A stretch of 64,000 bases of DNA from Scyliorhinus canicula (taxonomy: Eukaryota), in contig NC_052155.1 in the NCBI RefSeq assembly GCF_902713615.1, positions 190,946,429 to 191,010,428 on the forward strand, in the 5' to 3' direction. Below, piece by piece: positions 61,516-64,000 of the stretch. The notes beneath the pieces are model-generated. The model saw only the letters and a program-made list of their open reading frames with translations. It had not been told where the DNA came from and ran no database searches. The translations under genes were made by a program, and so were the position numbers. Within the stretch, counting starts at the first letter, position 1. Each line of letters begins with the position of its first letter.

Positions 61516-64000
61516 TGACAGTGAAGCAGAGGCTGAGGGCCCAGTGACAGTGAAGCAGGGGCTGAGGGCCCAGTGACAGTGAAGCAGAGGCTGAGCCAGT
61601 GACAGTGAAGCAGGGGCTGAGGGCCCAGTGACAGTGAAACAGAGGCTGAGCCAGTGACAGTGAAGCAGAGGCTGAGGACCCAGTGACAGTGAAGCAGGGG
61701 CTGAGGACCCAGTGACAGTGAAGCAGGGGCTGAGGGCCCAGTGACAGTGAAGCAGGGGCTGAGGGCCCAGTGACAGTGAAGCAGAGGCTGAGACAGTGAC
61801 AGTGAAGCAGGGGCTGAGCCAGTGTCAGTGAAGCAGAGGCTGAGGGCCCAGTGACAGTGAAGCAGGGGCTGAGGGCCCAGTGACAGTGAAGCAGGGGCTG
61901 AGCCCAGTGACAGTGAAGCAGGGGCTGAGGACCCAGTGACAGTGAAGCAGGGGCTGAGGGCCCAGTGACAGTGAAGCAGGGGCTGAGCCCAGTGACAGTG
62001 AAGCAGGGGCTGAGGGCCCAGTGACAGTGAAGCAGGGGCTGAGCCCAGTGACAGTGAAGCAGGGGCTGAGGACCCAGTGACAGTGAAGCAGGGGCTGAGG
62101 GCCCAGTGACAGTGAAGCAGAGGCTGAGGGCCCAGTGACAGTGAAGCAGGGGCTGAGCCAGTGACAGTGAAGCAGAGGCTGAGGACCCAGTGACAGTGAA
62201 GCAGAGGCTGAGGGCCCAGTGACAGTGAAGCAGGGGCTGAGGGCCCAGTGACAGTGAAGCAGAGGCTGAGACAGTGACAGTGAAGCAGGGGCTGAGGGCC
62301 CAGTGACAGTGAAGCAGAGGCTGAGGGCCCAGTGACAGTGAAGCAGAGGCTGAGGGCCCAGTGACAGTGAAGCAGGGGCTGAGGGCCCAGTGACAGTGAA
62401 TCAGGGGCTGAGGACCCAGTGACAGTGAAGCAGAGGCTGTGGACCCAGTGACAGTGAAGCAGGGGCTGAGGACCCAGTGACAGTGAAGCAGAGGCTGAGC
62501 CAGTGACAGTGAAGCAGAGGCTGAGGGCCCAGTGACAGTGAAGCAGGGGCTGAGGGCCCAGTGACAGTGAAGCAGGGGCTGAGCCAGTGACAGTGAAGCA
62601 GAGGCTGAGGGCCCAGTGACAGTGAAGCAGAGGCTGAGCCAGTGACAGTGAAGCAGAGGCTGAGGGCCCAGTGACAGTGAAGCAGGGGCTGAGGGCCCAG
62701 TGACAGTGAAGCAGAGGCTGAGGGCCCAGTGACAGTGAAGCAGGGGCTGAGGGCCCAGTGACAGTGAAGCAGGGGCTGACCCAGTGACAGTGAAGCAGGG
62801 GCTGAGGACCCAGTGACAGTGAAGCAGGGGCTGAGGGCCCAGTGACAGTGAAGCAGGGGCTGAGGGCCCAGTGACAGTGAAGCAGGGGCTGAGGACCCAG
62901 TGACAGTGAAGCAGGGGCTGAGGGCCCAGTGACAGTGAAGCAGGGGCTGAGCCAGTGAAGCAGGGGCTGAGCCAGTGACAGTGAAGCAGGGGCTGAGGGC
63001 CCAGTGAGAGTGAAGCAGGGGCTGAGCCAGTGACAGTGAAGCAGGGGCTGAGGGCCCAGTGACAGTGAAGCAGAGGCTGAGGGCCCAGTGACAGTGAAGC
63101 AGGGGCTGAGGGCCCAGTGACAGTGAAGCAGGGGCTGAGGGCCCAGTGACAGTGAAGCAGAGGCTGAGCCAGTGACAGTGAAGCAGGGGCTGAGCCAGTG
63201 ACAGTGAAGCAGAGGCTGAGGGCCCAGTGACAGTGAAGAAGGGGCTGAGGGCCCAGTGACAGTGAAGCAGGGGCTGAGGGCCCAGTGACAGTGAAGCAGG
63301 GGCTGAGGGCCCAGTGACAGTGAAGCAGGGGCTGAGCCAGTGACAGTGAAGCAGGGGCTGAGGGCCCAGTGACAGTGAAGCAGGGGCTGAGGGCCCAGTG
63401 ACAGTGAAGCAGAGGCTGAGGGCCCAGTGACAGTGAAGCAGGGGCTGAGGACCCAGTGACAGTGAAGCAGAGGCTGAGCCAGTGACAGTGAAGCAGGGGC
63501 TGAGGACCCAGTGACAGTGAAGCAGAGGCTGAGGACCCAGTGACAGTGAAGCAGAGGCTGAGCCAGTGACAGTGAAGCAGGGGCTGAGGGCCCAGTGAGA
63601 GTGAAGCAGGGGCTGAGCCAGTGACAGTGAAGCAGAGGCTGAGGGCCCAGTGACAGTGAAGCAGGGGCTGAGGACCCAGTGACAGTGAAGCAGGGGCTGA
63701 GGGCCCAGTGACAGTGAAGCAGGGGCTGAGCCAGTGACAGTGAAGCAGGGGCTGAGCCAGTGACAGTGAAGCAGAGGCTGAGGGCCCAGTGACAGTGAAG
63801 CAGAGGCTGAGGGCCCAGTGACAGTGAAGCAGGGGCTGACCCAGTGAAGCAGGGGCTGAGCCAGTGACAGTGAAGCAGGGGCTGAGCCAGTGACAGTGAA
63901 GCAGGGGCTGAGGGCCCAGTGACAGTGAAGCAGAGGCTGAGGGCCCAGTGACAGTGAAGCAGGGGCTGACCCAGTGACAGTGAAGCAGGGGCTGAGCCCA
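61516..64000. repeat. 25-29 bp purine/G-rich satellite (CAGTGACAGTGAAGCAGGGGCTGAGGGCC)n, running off the right window edge
   Basis: Direct reading. Confidence 0.97.

Noticed and set aside
46470-64000. J or C gamma segments downstream of the last V
   Set aside because: By eye I found no nonamer-12-heptamer followed by an FGxG frame and no C-domain exon. The region is retroelement and satellite.

Overview
Vertebrate genomic DNA, most likely from a shark: it carries HE1-like tRNA SINEs plus CR1, Rex1, Penelope and Gypsy retroelements, and has a 500-N assembly gap at 18001-18500. The core is the V-segment region of a T-cell receptor gamma locus. Six intact + strand V segments each have a leader exon, a GT-AG intron, a V exon with IHWY and YYC-x-x-W motifs, and a 23-bp-spacer RSS. 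They belong to two families arranged A-B, A-B, A-B, the product of a recent tandem triplication of an ~8.8-9.2 kb unit (20859-47608). Its breakpoint is an AGCGG microhomology inside a Gypsy element. No J or C segment was found. Other notable elements are a family of ~170-205 bp fold-back Penelope-derived insertions with 11-13 bp TSDs and minimal hammerhead ribozyme cores, and a perfect CTCF motif upstream of the V cluster. Large satellites on both flanks carry RSS-heptamer-like words or switch-like RGYW/G-rich motifs. The long Cys-rich ORFs at 7-4824 are satellite artefacts.
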